From: Armatimonadota bacterium
GTDB taxonomy: Bacteria; Vulcanimicrobiota; JACPDS01; JBDRKI01
NCBI GenBank assembly: GCA_043814095.1
Contig: JBDRKI010000124.1
Location: 1 to 28,851 of the forward strand
Reading direction: 5' to 3'
Length of the DNA stretch: 28,851 bases
A program made the translations under genes and the position numbers. The notes under the pieces were generated by a model that saw nothing but the letters and a program-made list of their open reading frames with translations, ran no database searches and was not told the origin of the DNA. Of this stretch, positions 16,370 to 24,370 are shown piece after piece; the first letter of the stretch is position 1; the number at the start of each line of letters is the position of its first letter.

Positions 16370-17254
16370 ATGGTTGAAAAAATAAACGGTATACGGATTG
16401 CTCAGGTTAAGGCACAGCAGCCCGAGATAAAAAAGACGGAAATTAAGCTGGACAAAATTAAAATGGAGATTAAGACAAGTTATGGGGTAACAGAGACAAT
16501 TTACTGGACGTGGTCAAAGCCCGGCTCACGGCCGTACATCATAATAACCGAAGCGGTAGACAGCGGGAGAAGCAGGCGCATGCCCTCATTTATTAAGCGG
16601 AAGATAAGCATATATGATAAAAGAGTCGGGAAATATTTATCGGCAAAAGATATAGAGTTAATAAATAATAATATCACCAAACTGAAAAATATAGAGAGGA
16701 CTCCCGAAAAGTCAGATGCGGCAAAAGGCGGAGTAGTTATTTTGCGCGGTATTTCAGGGAAAATTTATAACGGATATTTTGATGATAAATTGGTAAGGGT
16801 TGATAAGGACGGCGGGTTCTATATAAAAGTAGAAAATAAAAGCCACCGGCCATATAAAGGCGAAATAGATATAGGCGGTCCGGATTCTTTAAAACAAACC
16901 GTAAAGCTTAAAGATATTGAATTCCGCGAGGCAGATCTTAAGAATATAGAAATTGCGAAAACAAAGCCGCTTAAGGCAAGAGCGGGAGTAAAACTGAATA
17001 ATATTAAAGACGCTGTCACGGCTAAGCCGTATGATTTAAAAACGAAAACCGCAACAATTATCACGATAAAGCTCGGCAGAATAAAGGTGTATTTTAATGA
17101 AGAAAAGCCTTATTATTATGTATATAAAAAAGGAAGCATACTTCACGGCGAACAATTATACAGTGCCGTAAAAGTATACCTGGACGACGTATGGCATCTT
17201 TTAGCAGAGCGCGAGAAAAATTTAATACTGGAGATACAGCAGGAATTAAAATAA
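16370..17254 (+). CDS. Hypothetical Lys-rich protein, orphan paralogue A
   Basis: It is a 294-aa ORF with a strong RBS and shares motifs with 17268..18155 (IYWTWSKPGSRPYII..DSG vs VYWDWSKKGSVPYVI..DSG). Confidence 0.85.
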   Translation: MVEKINGIRIAQVKAQQPEIKKTEIKLDKIKMEIKTSYGVTETIYWTWSKPGSRPYIIITEAVDSGRSRRMPSFIKRKISIYDKRVGKYLSAKDIELINNNITKLKNIERTPEKSDAAKGGVVILRGISGKIYNGYFDDKLVRVDKDGGFYIKVENKSHRPYKGEIDIGGPDSLKQTVKLKDIEFREADLKNIEIAKTKPLKARAGVKLNNIKDAVTAKPYDLKTKTATIITIKLGRIKVYFNEEKPYYYVYKKGSILHGEQLYSAVKVYLDDVWHLLAEREKNLILEIQQELK

Positions 17255-17267
17255 GAAAGAAGGCAGT

Positions 17268-18155
17268 ATGAACTTATCAGGAGTTAATAAAGCAGGCAGT
17301 ATCGGGCAGACAGAAATAGCCGGTTACCGGGCAGAGGCAAAAATAGAAACACTCGGCCTTGACCGGGTTACCATAAAAGTGGGGAAAAGAAAAGTTTACT
17401 GGGACTGGTCTAAAAAGGGTTCTGTTCCTTATGTTATAGAGCAGAAAGTTGCTGACAGCGGGATACTCGGAAAAGCTATGTATGTAGATACTCCCGTTAA
17501 GCTTGATAAAGCTGAATCTTTATTGGATAGCGAGAAAAAACAGATAGATAAAATCGTAAAGGATCTTAAAAAGTATAAGCAAGTTAAGTCAAAAATAGCG
17601 GACACATATATAATAGCTCTTGATAATGACCCGAAGGACGGAAAGCTTCTGGTAGCGTGTCTCGGGAATGAAATAGTAAAGGTCGGCAAAGAAGGTATCC
17701 TTTATACGGTATCTCCGGCTCCCGAACCGTATTCGGCCCATTTTAAGGGCAGTCTTACATCCTCAAGCATCTGTAAAAACATTGTCAGCCGCAATAAGAT
17801 AGCTTACCGCGAGATAGAACTTGTTGATATAATAGAAAGAGTCAATCCTAATCTGGCTTCAAGAGGAGAACAACTGGCAAAGGATAAGGCAGATAAAGAT
17901 ATAAGAGGAGAACATACAGTAAGATTAACAAAAAAAGCTCCGGCAGAAGGCTTTATCGTAAAGGGTAGAAGAGTTTACTTTGATAAACAAGTCCCGTATA
18001 TAATAATTCAGAAGGATGGTAAAGTTTATGCAGATAAAGTTCCTGTACCAGTACAGATAAAGATAACAGATAAAGAAATATATAAATATTTTACCTCTGA
18101 AGACGTAAAAAATATACTTATTGAAAGTACGCGTGTAAAAGTGTTCGGAAAATAA
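17268..18155 (+). CDS. Hypothetical Lys-rich protein, orphan paralogue B
   Basis: It is a 295-aa ORF 13 bp after paralogue A, with a GAAGG RBS and collinear similarity to A. Confidence 0.85.
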   Translation: MNLSGVNKAGSIGQTEIAGYRAEAKIETLGLDRVTIKVGKRKVYWDWSKKGSVPYVIEQKVADSGILGKAMYVDTPVKLDKAESLLDSEKKQIDKIVKDLKKYKQVKSKIADTYIIALDNDPKDGKLLVACLGNEIVKVGKEGILYTVSPAPEPYSAHFKGSLTSSSICKNIVSRNKIAYREIELVDIIERVNPNLASRGEQLAKDKADKDIRGEHTVRLTKKAPAEGFIVKGRRVYFDKQVPYIIIQKDGKVYADKVPVPVQIKITDKEIYKYFTSEDVKNILIESTRVKVFGK

Positions 18156-18183
18156 GGATTATACGCAGTAATCAATAAGATCT

Positions 18184-18226
18184 ATTTAAAAAGCCGTTAT
18201 CTTAAAAAGACAGCGGCTTTTTAAAT
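18184..18226 (+). terminator. Intrinsic terminator after paralogue B
   Basis: The hairpin ATTTAAAAAGCCGTTATCTT-aaa-AAGACAGCGGCTTTTTAAAT has a T tail. Confidence 0.75.
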
Positions 18227-18293
18227 TCCGGATGTGGTTGTAGCCATATTATACCGTAATCTGCTATAATATATACAGGACAGGTGATTACAG

Positions 18294-19028
18294 GTGCTTG
18301 AAAAACTTGGAAATAGTAATTTTATTAAAATAACCTCTTCAAATAAGAAGGGGACGGCCTTCCTGTATAAAAAAAGCGGTTCTTCTTATAAAAATATCCT
18401 GCTTGCCCGCCACAGAATATTTAATGCCATTAATCCTATGCTTGCTAATAGTACAGAACGGGTTAATAGATCAAAATTTATTAACTTTGACGGCGGGAAA
18501 TTTAAGATTCACCGGGATAGTAAAGGCAAGGAATTTATAAAGGTATTTAAATATAAAGGAAAGTATTATGATGTCCATTATAAAAAGATATTTTCCGAAG
18601 ATATGGGAAAAACCTCATCTGGAATTTATATATCAGTTGATATACAGAAAGCACTTAAGGTTCTTCTTAAAGACTCTGATATTATTACAAAAAAGTACAT
18701 TATGATAGGGGATAAAGAATTTGAAGTCAAATATGATGAAAAAGGGCCGTATGCGGAGAAGAAAATTGCCCGCGGGGATAAACAAATATATACGCGCCAA
18801 TATTTAGAGCCCGAAGAAGATAAGGAAATTTACAGCAAAAATATATATAAAGACGATCCCTCACAGTCTTTTTCTTATGAATATGTAAACACCAAAACAG
18901 GGGAAGCTAAAAACCCCTATTTTGAAGTAATTATCACGATTCAAGATTATGAAATGCCTTTAACAAGAGGCCAGATGAAGCAAATAGAAAAAATAATAAT
19001 TAAAGACGGAAAACTTCTTGACAAATAA
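18294..19028 (+). CDS. Hypothetical Lys-rich protein, probable distant paralogue C
   Basis: It is a 244-aa ORF with a GTG start, AGGTG RBS and extended -10 TGCTATAAT at 18262-18270. Its motifs FDGGKFKIHRDSKGKEFIKV and IMIGDKEFEVKYDEKGPY resemble those of A and B. Confidence 0.8.
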   Translation: MLEKLGNSNFIKITSSNKKGTAFLYKKSGSSYKNILLARHRIFNAINPMLANSTERVNRSKFINFDGGKFKIHRDSKGKEFIKVFKYKGKYYDVHYKKIFSEDMGKTSSGIYISVDIQKALKVLLKDSDIITKKYIMIGDKEFEVKYDEKGPYAEKKIARGDKQIYTRQYLEPEEDKEIYSKNIYKDDPSQSFSYEYVNTKTGEAKNPYFEVIITIQDYEMPLTRGQMKQIEKIIIKDGKLLDK

Positions 19029-19045
19029 CCAATCCATTTTATCTC

Positions 19046-19537
19046 TTAATTTGCGATTAATTCAACCTTTTTAAGCTCGTATTTTGTATTCGAGTAAGGA
19101 TCAAGGGAAATAGTTATTGTATTTTTCCCGGCCTTAAGGCAGTTTCCTATATAGTAGGTATGAGCCGTATCATTAAACCAGTCTACCGCTATGTTGTTTA
19201 CCGCGGCTATGTTGTTTATTGTTATATCCACGGGTGAGTCTATGCCTGCTATTCCGGGGGAGGCGTTGGACATTCTTAAAACCGTGCCCCTGTCAGTTAT
19301 TCTAAGTGAGTATCCGGATAAATCTCCGGGCGGCAGGTTGAAAGTAAAGCCGGCCGAGCTTCCCCTTGTGTAAAACAGCAGGTGGCCTTCTGTATTCATG
19401 CATCCGCTGGTTGAGTAAGAAACTCCGTCTGTTAGCCCGGAAAAGTCTATTGACCATAAAACTCCTCCTGCGCAGACAGAACAGAAGATAAGGGCAAAGC
19501 TTAAAACGGTAAAAAGTACAATTAAATATTTTTTCAT
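19046..19537 (-). CDS. Secreted hypothetical protein, jelly-roll/galactose-binding-like beta-sandwich (paralogue 1)
   Basis: It has a Sec signal peptide (MKKYLIVLF...VCA) and the 'ITIN...LKAGKNTITI' pattern typical of galactose-binding-like folds. Confidence 0.75.
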   Translation of the reverse strand: MKKYLIVLFTVLSFALIFCSVCAGGVLWSIDFSGLTDGVSYSTSGCMNTEGHLLFYTRGSSAGFTFNLPPGDLSGYSLRITDRGTVLRMSNASPGIAGIDSPVDITINNIAAVNNIAVDWFNDTAHTYYIGNCLKAGKNTITISLDPYSNTKYELKKVELIAN

Positions 19538-19541
19538 GATT

Positions 19542-20066
19542 TTACCCCTTTGTAAGTTCTATTTCTTCTATTTCATATCTTATAATAGATTTCGGGTCTA
19601 AAGTAAAAGTGACTGTATTTATTCCTTCTTTTAAGAATCTTCCTATATTGTAATTGTGCGCGGTATCAAATACCCACCAGACACCTTTATCAAAAACAGC
19701 TTCCTTGCCGTTTACGTCTATGTTAATTATCGTGCGGGCGCCGTCCGTATCAGGTCCGTCGGGGTAAAGCCGGCTTTCAATCGTCATAGGATCTATTAAA
19801 GACTGGCTTGACGCTCTGTCGGTAACAATCAGCTTATAATTTTTATAATCCCCGGGCGGCAGGTAAAACTGGATTTTTAAAGAGCTGTCTTTTGAAAAAA
19901 GCACAAGGTGCCCGTCTATAGTCCAGCAGAAATTTGTGCGCGCCTGCATCCCCTGGGGCAGGTCTTCCGAGGTATCAATTTTCCATACGGATGTTCCCGC
20001 GGCAAAGACGCAGGATGCCGCTACCAGAATAATTAATAGTCCCGCCAGTAAAGCTTTTTTTCTCAT
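19542..20066 (-). CDS. Secreted hypothetical protein, jelly-roll-like (paralogue 2)
   Basis: The start is MRKKALL at 20066 after GGAGGA, and the signal peptide ends in VFA. It shares GHL, LPPGD, TDR, DTAHxYxIG, LKxGxNT and LDP..YE with 19046..19537. Confidence 0.75.
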   Translation of the reverse strand: MRKKALLAGLLIILVAASCVFAAGTSVWKIDTSEDLPQGMQARTNFCWTIDGHLVLFSKDSSLKIQFYLPPGDYKNYKLIVTDRASSQSLIDPMTIESRLYPDGPDTDGARTIINIDVNGKEAVFDKGVWWVFDTAHNYNIGRFLKEGINTVTFTLDPKSIIRYEIEEIELTKG

Positions 20067-20091
20067 GAGTTCCTCCAGATATTTTATTGAA

Positions 20092-21075
20092 TTATTCAAC
20101 CATCTTAAAGATATTATCAAAATAGTTCATGTAAAACTTTATTATTATATACCCGAAATATACCGCAATTAAAAATATTATCAATACAGGCAGAATTATT
20201 ACAAGTTTCGTGATATCGCTGTCCGCTTCCTTCCGCATAAATTGCGCCGCTTTTTTTAAGGCGGAGCCCGTATTTCCCGTCTCTTCCCCGCTTGCTATTA
20301 AGCCGAGCGCCATAGGGTCAAGCGTATTTGTCCTTGAGAAACTCTCGGTCAAAGTATTTCCCTTCTCTATATATTCTTCAATTTTTGAGAGTTTGGCTTT
20401 TACCGCCGTGTTTGAGCATAAGGAAAGGGAGACTTCACAGCATTTTGGCAAGCTTAAACCGGCATCATAAAGTTGTGCAAATCCGTATAAATAATTCGCG
20501 ACGGATATCTTATAATTTATTCTTCCTATAAGCGGGACAAAAAGTATAAATCGGTCAAAGACCTTATTTAATACGAGGCTTGATTTTATGAGTTTATACA
20601 GCAGGTAGAGAAGAAAACCCGTACCGTACACGACGAGAAGGTTAATAAGGACGGCTTTTATGTAAAAAAGAAGCCCTTTAGAAACGGCTTGTATAACAGG
20701 GGGAATGAATATTCCAGCGTGTATTAGCAGAATAGGATAAAGCAGGCTGCCCGTTATTTTAAGCCGCAGGTTATACTTCGCTTCAAGCTGTGAGGCAAGG
20801 TCGCGGAGTTTTAAATCAAGCGCTCCGCCGTCTTCTCCGGCTTTTACGATGCTTATTTCAAAAAGATTAAAGGTGTTTCCCTGTGAGGTCATAGCTGACG
20901 AGAAAGATTCTCCTTTTGAAACACCAAGCTCGATATCCGACAGAACGGATTTGAATTTTCCGCTCTTTACCTGGTTTTTAAGTATGGCAATGCCTCTTAA
21001 TACAGGCACGCCTCCCTGGATAAGGGTTGACAGCTGTCTGAAAAAGACGCATTTTTGTTTTAAAGATATGCTCAC
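20092..21075 (-). CDS. Type II secretion system F / type IV pilus platform (PilC/GspF) family protein
   Basis: It has FFRQLSTLIQGGVP, AGEDGGAL, LYP, VPLIG, AGLSL and SGEETG: two T2SSF domains with TMs. Confidence 0.88.
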   Translation of the reverse strand: MSISLKQKCVFFRQLSTLIQGGVPVLRGIAILKNQVKSGKFKSVLSDIELGVSKGESFSSAMTSQGNTFNLFEISIVKAGEDGGALDLKLRDLASQLEAKYNLRLKITGSLLYPILLIHAGIFIPPVIQAVSKGLLFYIKAVLINLLVVYGTGFLLYLLYKLIKSSLVLNKVFDRFILFVPLIGRINYKISVANYLYGFAQLYDAGLSLPKCCEVSLSLCSNTAVKAKLSKIEEYIEKGNTLTESFSRTNTLDPMALGLIASGEETGNTGSALKKAAQFMRKEADSDITKLVIILPVLIIFLIAVYFGYIIIKFYMNYFDNIFKMVE

Positions 21076-21130
21076 AGATATATAATTTCGTAAATAAAGG
21101 TAAAAACCTTTCTATATATAACAGGTGAAA

Positions 21131-21159
21131 TTGACATATTTTCAGAATTTAAATAAAAT
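21131..21159 (+). promoter_or_regulatory. Sigma70 promoter of the HAD/efflux genes
   Basis: TTGACA, exactly 17 bp, TAAAAT, ending 23 bp before the ATG at 21183. Confidence 0.7.
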
Positions 21160-21182
21160 TGTAAGTTATAAAGGAATTTTAA

Positions 21183-21890
21183 ATGAACAAAACAACAAAA
21201 AACACGCTTTTAATAGACGCTGATGATACTTTGTGGGAGAACGGTATTTATTACGAAAATGCCGTCTTAAATTTTATTTCCCTTATGAAGAGCAAAAATA
21301 TTTTTAAAGATACTATAGAAGAGATTATAAGGAAAAGAAAAATAGAAAACCTGCCCCGCTACGGCTATGGCTCTCATAACCTGTATAATACGATGGTTGA
21401 AGTCTATAAAGAAGGATGTGAGCTAAATAATACTTCTATAGATGACGAAATTATGGATTTTCTGAAATCCATGAGGCATAAAACCCGCAATTATTCCATA
21501 GAATTTCTTCCCGGAGTTAAAGAAACTCTTCCTATGCTTTTTAAGAAAAATAGTCTTATACTTGTAACAAAAGGGAATTATGATGAGCAGAAAGACAAGA
21601 TAGAAAGATCCGGAGTCCTTTCTTATTTCCACTCATCTAAAATTGTTCCCGAGAAAGATATAAAAACCTATAAAGATATTATAGAAGAGTTTAAATTAAA
21701 TACGGAGAATACCTGGATGATAGGGAACTCCCCGCGCTCGGATATAAATCCGGCTAAAGCTGCGGGGCTGGGCACCGTATTTATACCGTATCATATGACA
21801 TGGGAGCATGAAACCGAGAGGATTCAAAGGGGGGCAAGAGAAACCATAATACTTAAAGATTTCTCGGAACTCAAGATCTATTTTAACTGA
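21183..21890 (+). CDS. HAD-superfamily hydrolase
   Basis: Motif I is DADDTLW, motif II is LVTKG, motif III is EK and motif IV is MIGNSPRSDI. Confidence 0.9.
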   Translation: MNKTTKNTLLIDADDTLWENGIYYENAVLNFISLMKSKNIFKDTIEEIIRKRKIENLPRYGYGSHNLYNTMVEVYKEGCELNNTSIDDEIMDFLKSMRHKTRNYSIEFLPGVKETLPMLFKKNSLILVTKGNYDEQKDKIERSGVLSYFHSSKIVPEKDIKTYKDIIEEFKLNTENTWMIGNSPRSDINPAKAAGLGTVFIPYHMTWEHETERIQRGARETIILKDFSELKIYFN

Positions 21891-21943
21891 GGCATAATTT
21901 TTTTAAAAAATATATGTTGAAAATTATAGAAAAGAGAAGAATT

Positions 21944-23281
21944 ATGAGAAAAATAAAATTATTGTTACTTATTGCCTTAACTCTTTTACTTTTCATCGGG
22001 CGGGGAGCTCTATGCGAAGAGAGCGCTTTATGTCTCACGCTTGATGAAGCCGTAAATACCGCGCTTGAGGAAAACAAGACTCTGGATAATGTTAAAAAAT
22101 CCATATCGGAAGCTAAATTAAATTACAGCGCCACTGTTAAAGAGCGCTATCCCAAATTCTCAACCGGATATTCCTACATGCGCCTGAGAAATGAATTTGA
22201 CTTAAGCTATCCCGATCTGGGGCTTACTCTCCCGCTTATGACAAAAGATAACTACTTCTGGAATTCCAGCGTCTCAATGCCTGTTTATACGGGCGGGATA
22301 CAGACTCTCTCCGAAGATATCGCAAAGCTCGGTGTAGATGTTGCAAAAATGAATCTTATGCAGGCAAGAGGTGAGCTTGTAAGGCAGGTTAAATTCTATT
22401 ATTTCAATGTTCTCAGACAGAAAAAACTTGAGGATTATTTAACCCAGAATGCTAAGAGCCGTCTTGAGCATAAAAGATTAAGCATCCAGTTTAACAAAGA
22501 AGGTCTTGTGGCCAAAAATGTTGTTCTTTGCGCTTCCGCGGAAGAAGCAAACTCCCGCCAGGAACTTTATACCGCTTCGCGCGATGTTGAAGTTACAAAA
22601 ACGGCTCTTCAGATCGCGATGGGCATAGGCGTTGATAAGCCTGTTTCCCCAAAAGATGAACTTACCAAAAGAGAGTTTCCTTATTCCATGGAAGACTGCA
22701 TGAAGTATGCCGGCGAGCATAATCCCCAGCTTGTCGCCTTTGTTTTTTTAAAACAGCAGGCCGAAAAAGCCATACAGATAGAGAAAGCCCACTATATTCC
22801 CAAAGTAAATTTATCCGGCAATTATTTAAGGTACGGCACGAATTCCGATCTTAACGGTTACCCCGGGCTTCCTAATAACATATTATGCGGCATGCTTAAT
22901 TTTAACTGGGATATTTTTGACTGGGGTCAGAAGCTTGACGAAGCGAAAATAAAAGAAGTTAAACTGCAGGAAGTAATAAACGAAGAAAAAGTTACGCGCG
23001 ATAATCTTCTGTTAAAAATAAAAGAAGCCTATATTCGGTTTGAGTCCGCGGAGAAAAGCATAGATACGGCCAAGGCCGCTCTGGAATACGCCGATGAGAA
23101 TTTAAGAATAGTAAACCTGCGCTTTGCCCAGAATATAGCGCCTTCTTCGGAAGTTGTGGATGCCGTGGCGATACAGAAAGAAGCCCAGTATAATTACTGC
23201 TCGGCTCTTTACAGTTACAATATGGCCATAGCAGATCTTGAGAATTTGATGGGACAGGACGCCGAAAAGACACTGGAATAA
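21944..23281 (+). CDS. TolC family outer-membrane efflux protein
   Basis: The signal peptide starts at MRKIK (alternative start 21914). It has LTLDEAVNTALEEN, two OEP repeats (YPKF..MPVYTGG; YIPKVNL..WDIFDWG) and a C-terminal LENLMG. Confidence 0.9.
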   Translation: MRKIKLLLLIALTLLLFIGRGALCEESALCLTLDEAVNTALEENKTLDNVKKSISEAKLNYSATVKERYPKFSTGYSYMRLRNEFDLSYPDLGLTLPLMTKDNYFWNSSVSMPVYTGGIQTLSEDIAKLGVDVAKMNLMQARGELVRQVKFYYFNVLRQKKLEDYLTQNAKSRLEHKRLSIQFNKEGLVAKNVVLCASAEEANSRQELYTASRDVEVTKTALQIAMGIGVDKPVSPKDELTKREFPYSMEDCMKYAGEHNPQLVAFVFLKQQAEKAIQIEKAHYIPKVNLSGNYLRYGTNSDLNGYPGLPNNILCGMLNFNWDIFDWGQKLDEAKIKEVKLQEVINEEKVTRDNLLLKIKEAYIRFESAEKSIDTAKAALEYADENLRIVNLRFAQNIAPSSEVVDAVAIQKEAQYNYCSALYSYNMAIADLENLMGQDAEKTLE

Positions 23282-23302
23282 TATATATCCCGGAGGGTTG
23301 TT

Positions 23303-24370
23303 ATGGAAAAAAGAAATATTTTTCAGATAATACTTGTTCTGATATTTGCCGCCCTTATCGTTATCGGCGGGTTTAATTTTGTTAAGAGGCATTTTACCGC
23401 CAAAGCGGACAAAAATATAATTTCCGCAAGCGGCAGGATAGAGGGAGATCAGTATAATGCCGCGTCAAAGGCAGGCGGCAAGGTTGAAAAAATCTACTTT
23501 GATATGGGCGATACCGTTAAGGAAGGCGAGCTTCTCGCTGTTCTTTCTTCCGCGCAGTTGAAAGCTCAGCTTTCCGCCGCGAAAAAAGAAGTTTCAATAT
23601 GGCAGAATAAGCTACAGCAGGCGCGTATGGGTCTTTCTCAGACAGAGGTTTTCTCCGGGTCCGGAGTAGAGCAGGCGCAAGCTAATCTTTCAAGAGCCCA
23701 AGCGAATTATAATTATAATGAAAAAGAATATAACCGCTACAAAGCGCTTTTTGAAGAAGAAGCCGTGGCGAAATCGGTATTTGATTCAATAGAGGCGCAG
23801 TATATCGCTTCTAAAGCGGAATATGATATAGCCGCACAGGAACTTAAGAAGGCAAAAGCCGGAGAAGGAAAAGGAAGCTCCGGTACTTATGAAGTTAAGC
23901 AGAGACAGGTTGATGTTAAAAACGCTGAAGATATGCTTGCCCGCGCGAAGGATATGCTTATAGTCGCCGAGGCTAATCTTGACGACGCGAAGGTATATTC
24001 GCCCATTAACGGTGTTGTTGTAGGCAAGGTAGTCGAGCCGGGCGAAGTTGTGGGTCCGGGTACTCCCGTACTTACCCTTGTTGATCTTAATAAGCTTTAC
24101 CTTAGAGTATTTCTGCCTACGGATACAGCCGGCAAAGTCAGGCTGGGCAATAAAGCGAAAATAATACCGGATGCGCTCGGTCCTGAAAAGTTTGAGGGCG
24201 TTGTATACAAAATAGCGCAAAAAGCCGAGTTTACGCCTAAAAACGTGGATACTAAAAAACAGCGCGCCAAGCTTGTATTTGAAATAAGAATAAAAGTGCT
24301 GGATAATAAAGAGCACTACTTAAAGCCCGGGATGCCGTCTGAAGCCAGCATAGAATTAAACAGTATATGA
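23303..24370 (+). CDS. ybhG: HlyD family membrane-fusion protein (YbhG-like)
   Basis: It has an N-terminal TM, ASGRIEG, lipoyl-like halves (GDTVKEGELL; SPINGVV), a coiled coil, AEFTPKNV and LKPGMP. Confidence 0.85.
   Translation: MEKRNIFQIILVLIFAALIVIGGFNFVKRHFTAKADKNIISASGRIEGDQYNAASKAGGKVEKIYFDMGDTVKEGELLAVLSSAQLKAQLSAAKKEVSIWQNKLQQARMGLSQTEVFSGSGVEQAQANLSRAQANYNYNEKEYNRYKALFEEEAVAKSVFDSIEAQYIASKAEYDIAAQELKKAKAGEGKGSSGTYEVKQRQVDVKNAEDMLARAKDMLIVAEANLDDAKVYSPINGVVVGKVVEPGEVVGPGTPVLTLVDLNKLYLRVFLPTDTAGKVRLGNKAKIIPDALGPEKFEGVVYKIAQKAEFTPKNVDTKKQRAKLVFEIRIKVLDNKEHYLKPGMPSEASIELNSI

Noticed and set aside
15118-19028. Prophage or integrated mobile element explaining the orphan cluster
   Set aside because: No integrase, phage hallmark gene, tRNA or flanking att-like direct repeat was seen.
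20067-20120. Upstream start at 20120 for the secreted protein
   Set aside because: It overlaps the pilC-like gene. The ATG at 20066 has a GGAGGA RBS and gives a clean signal peptide.
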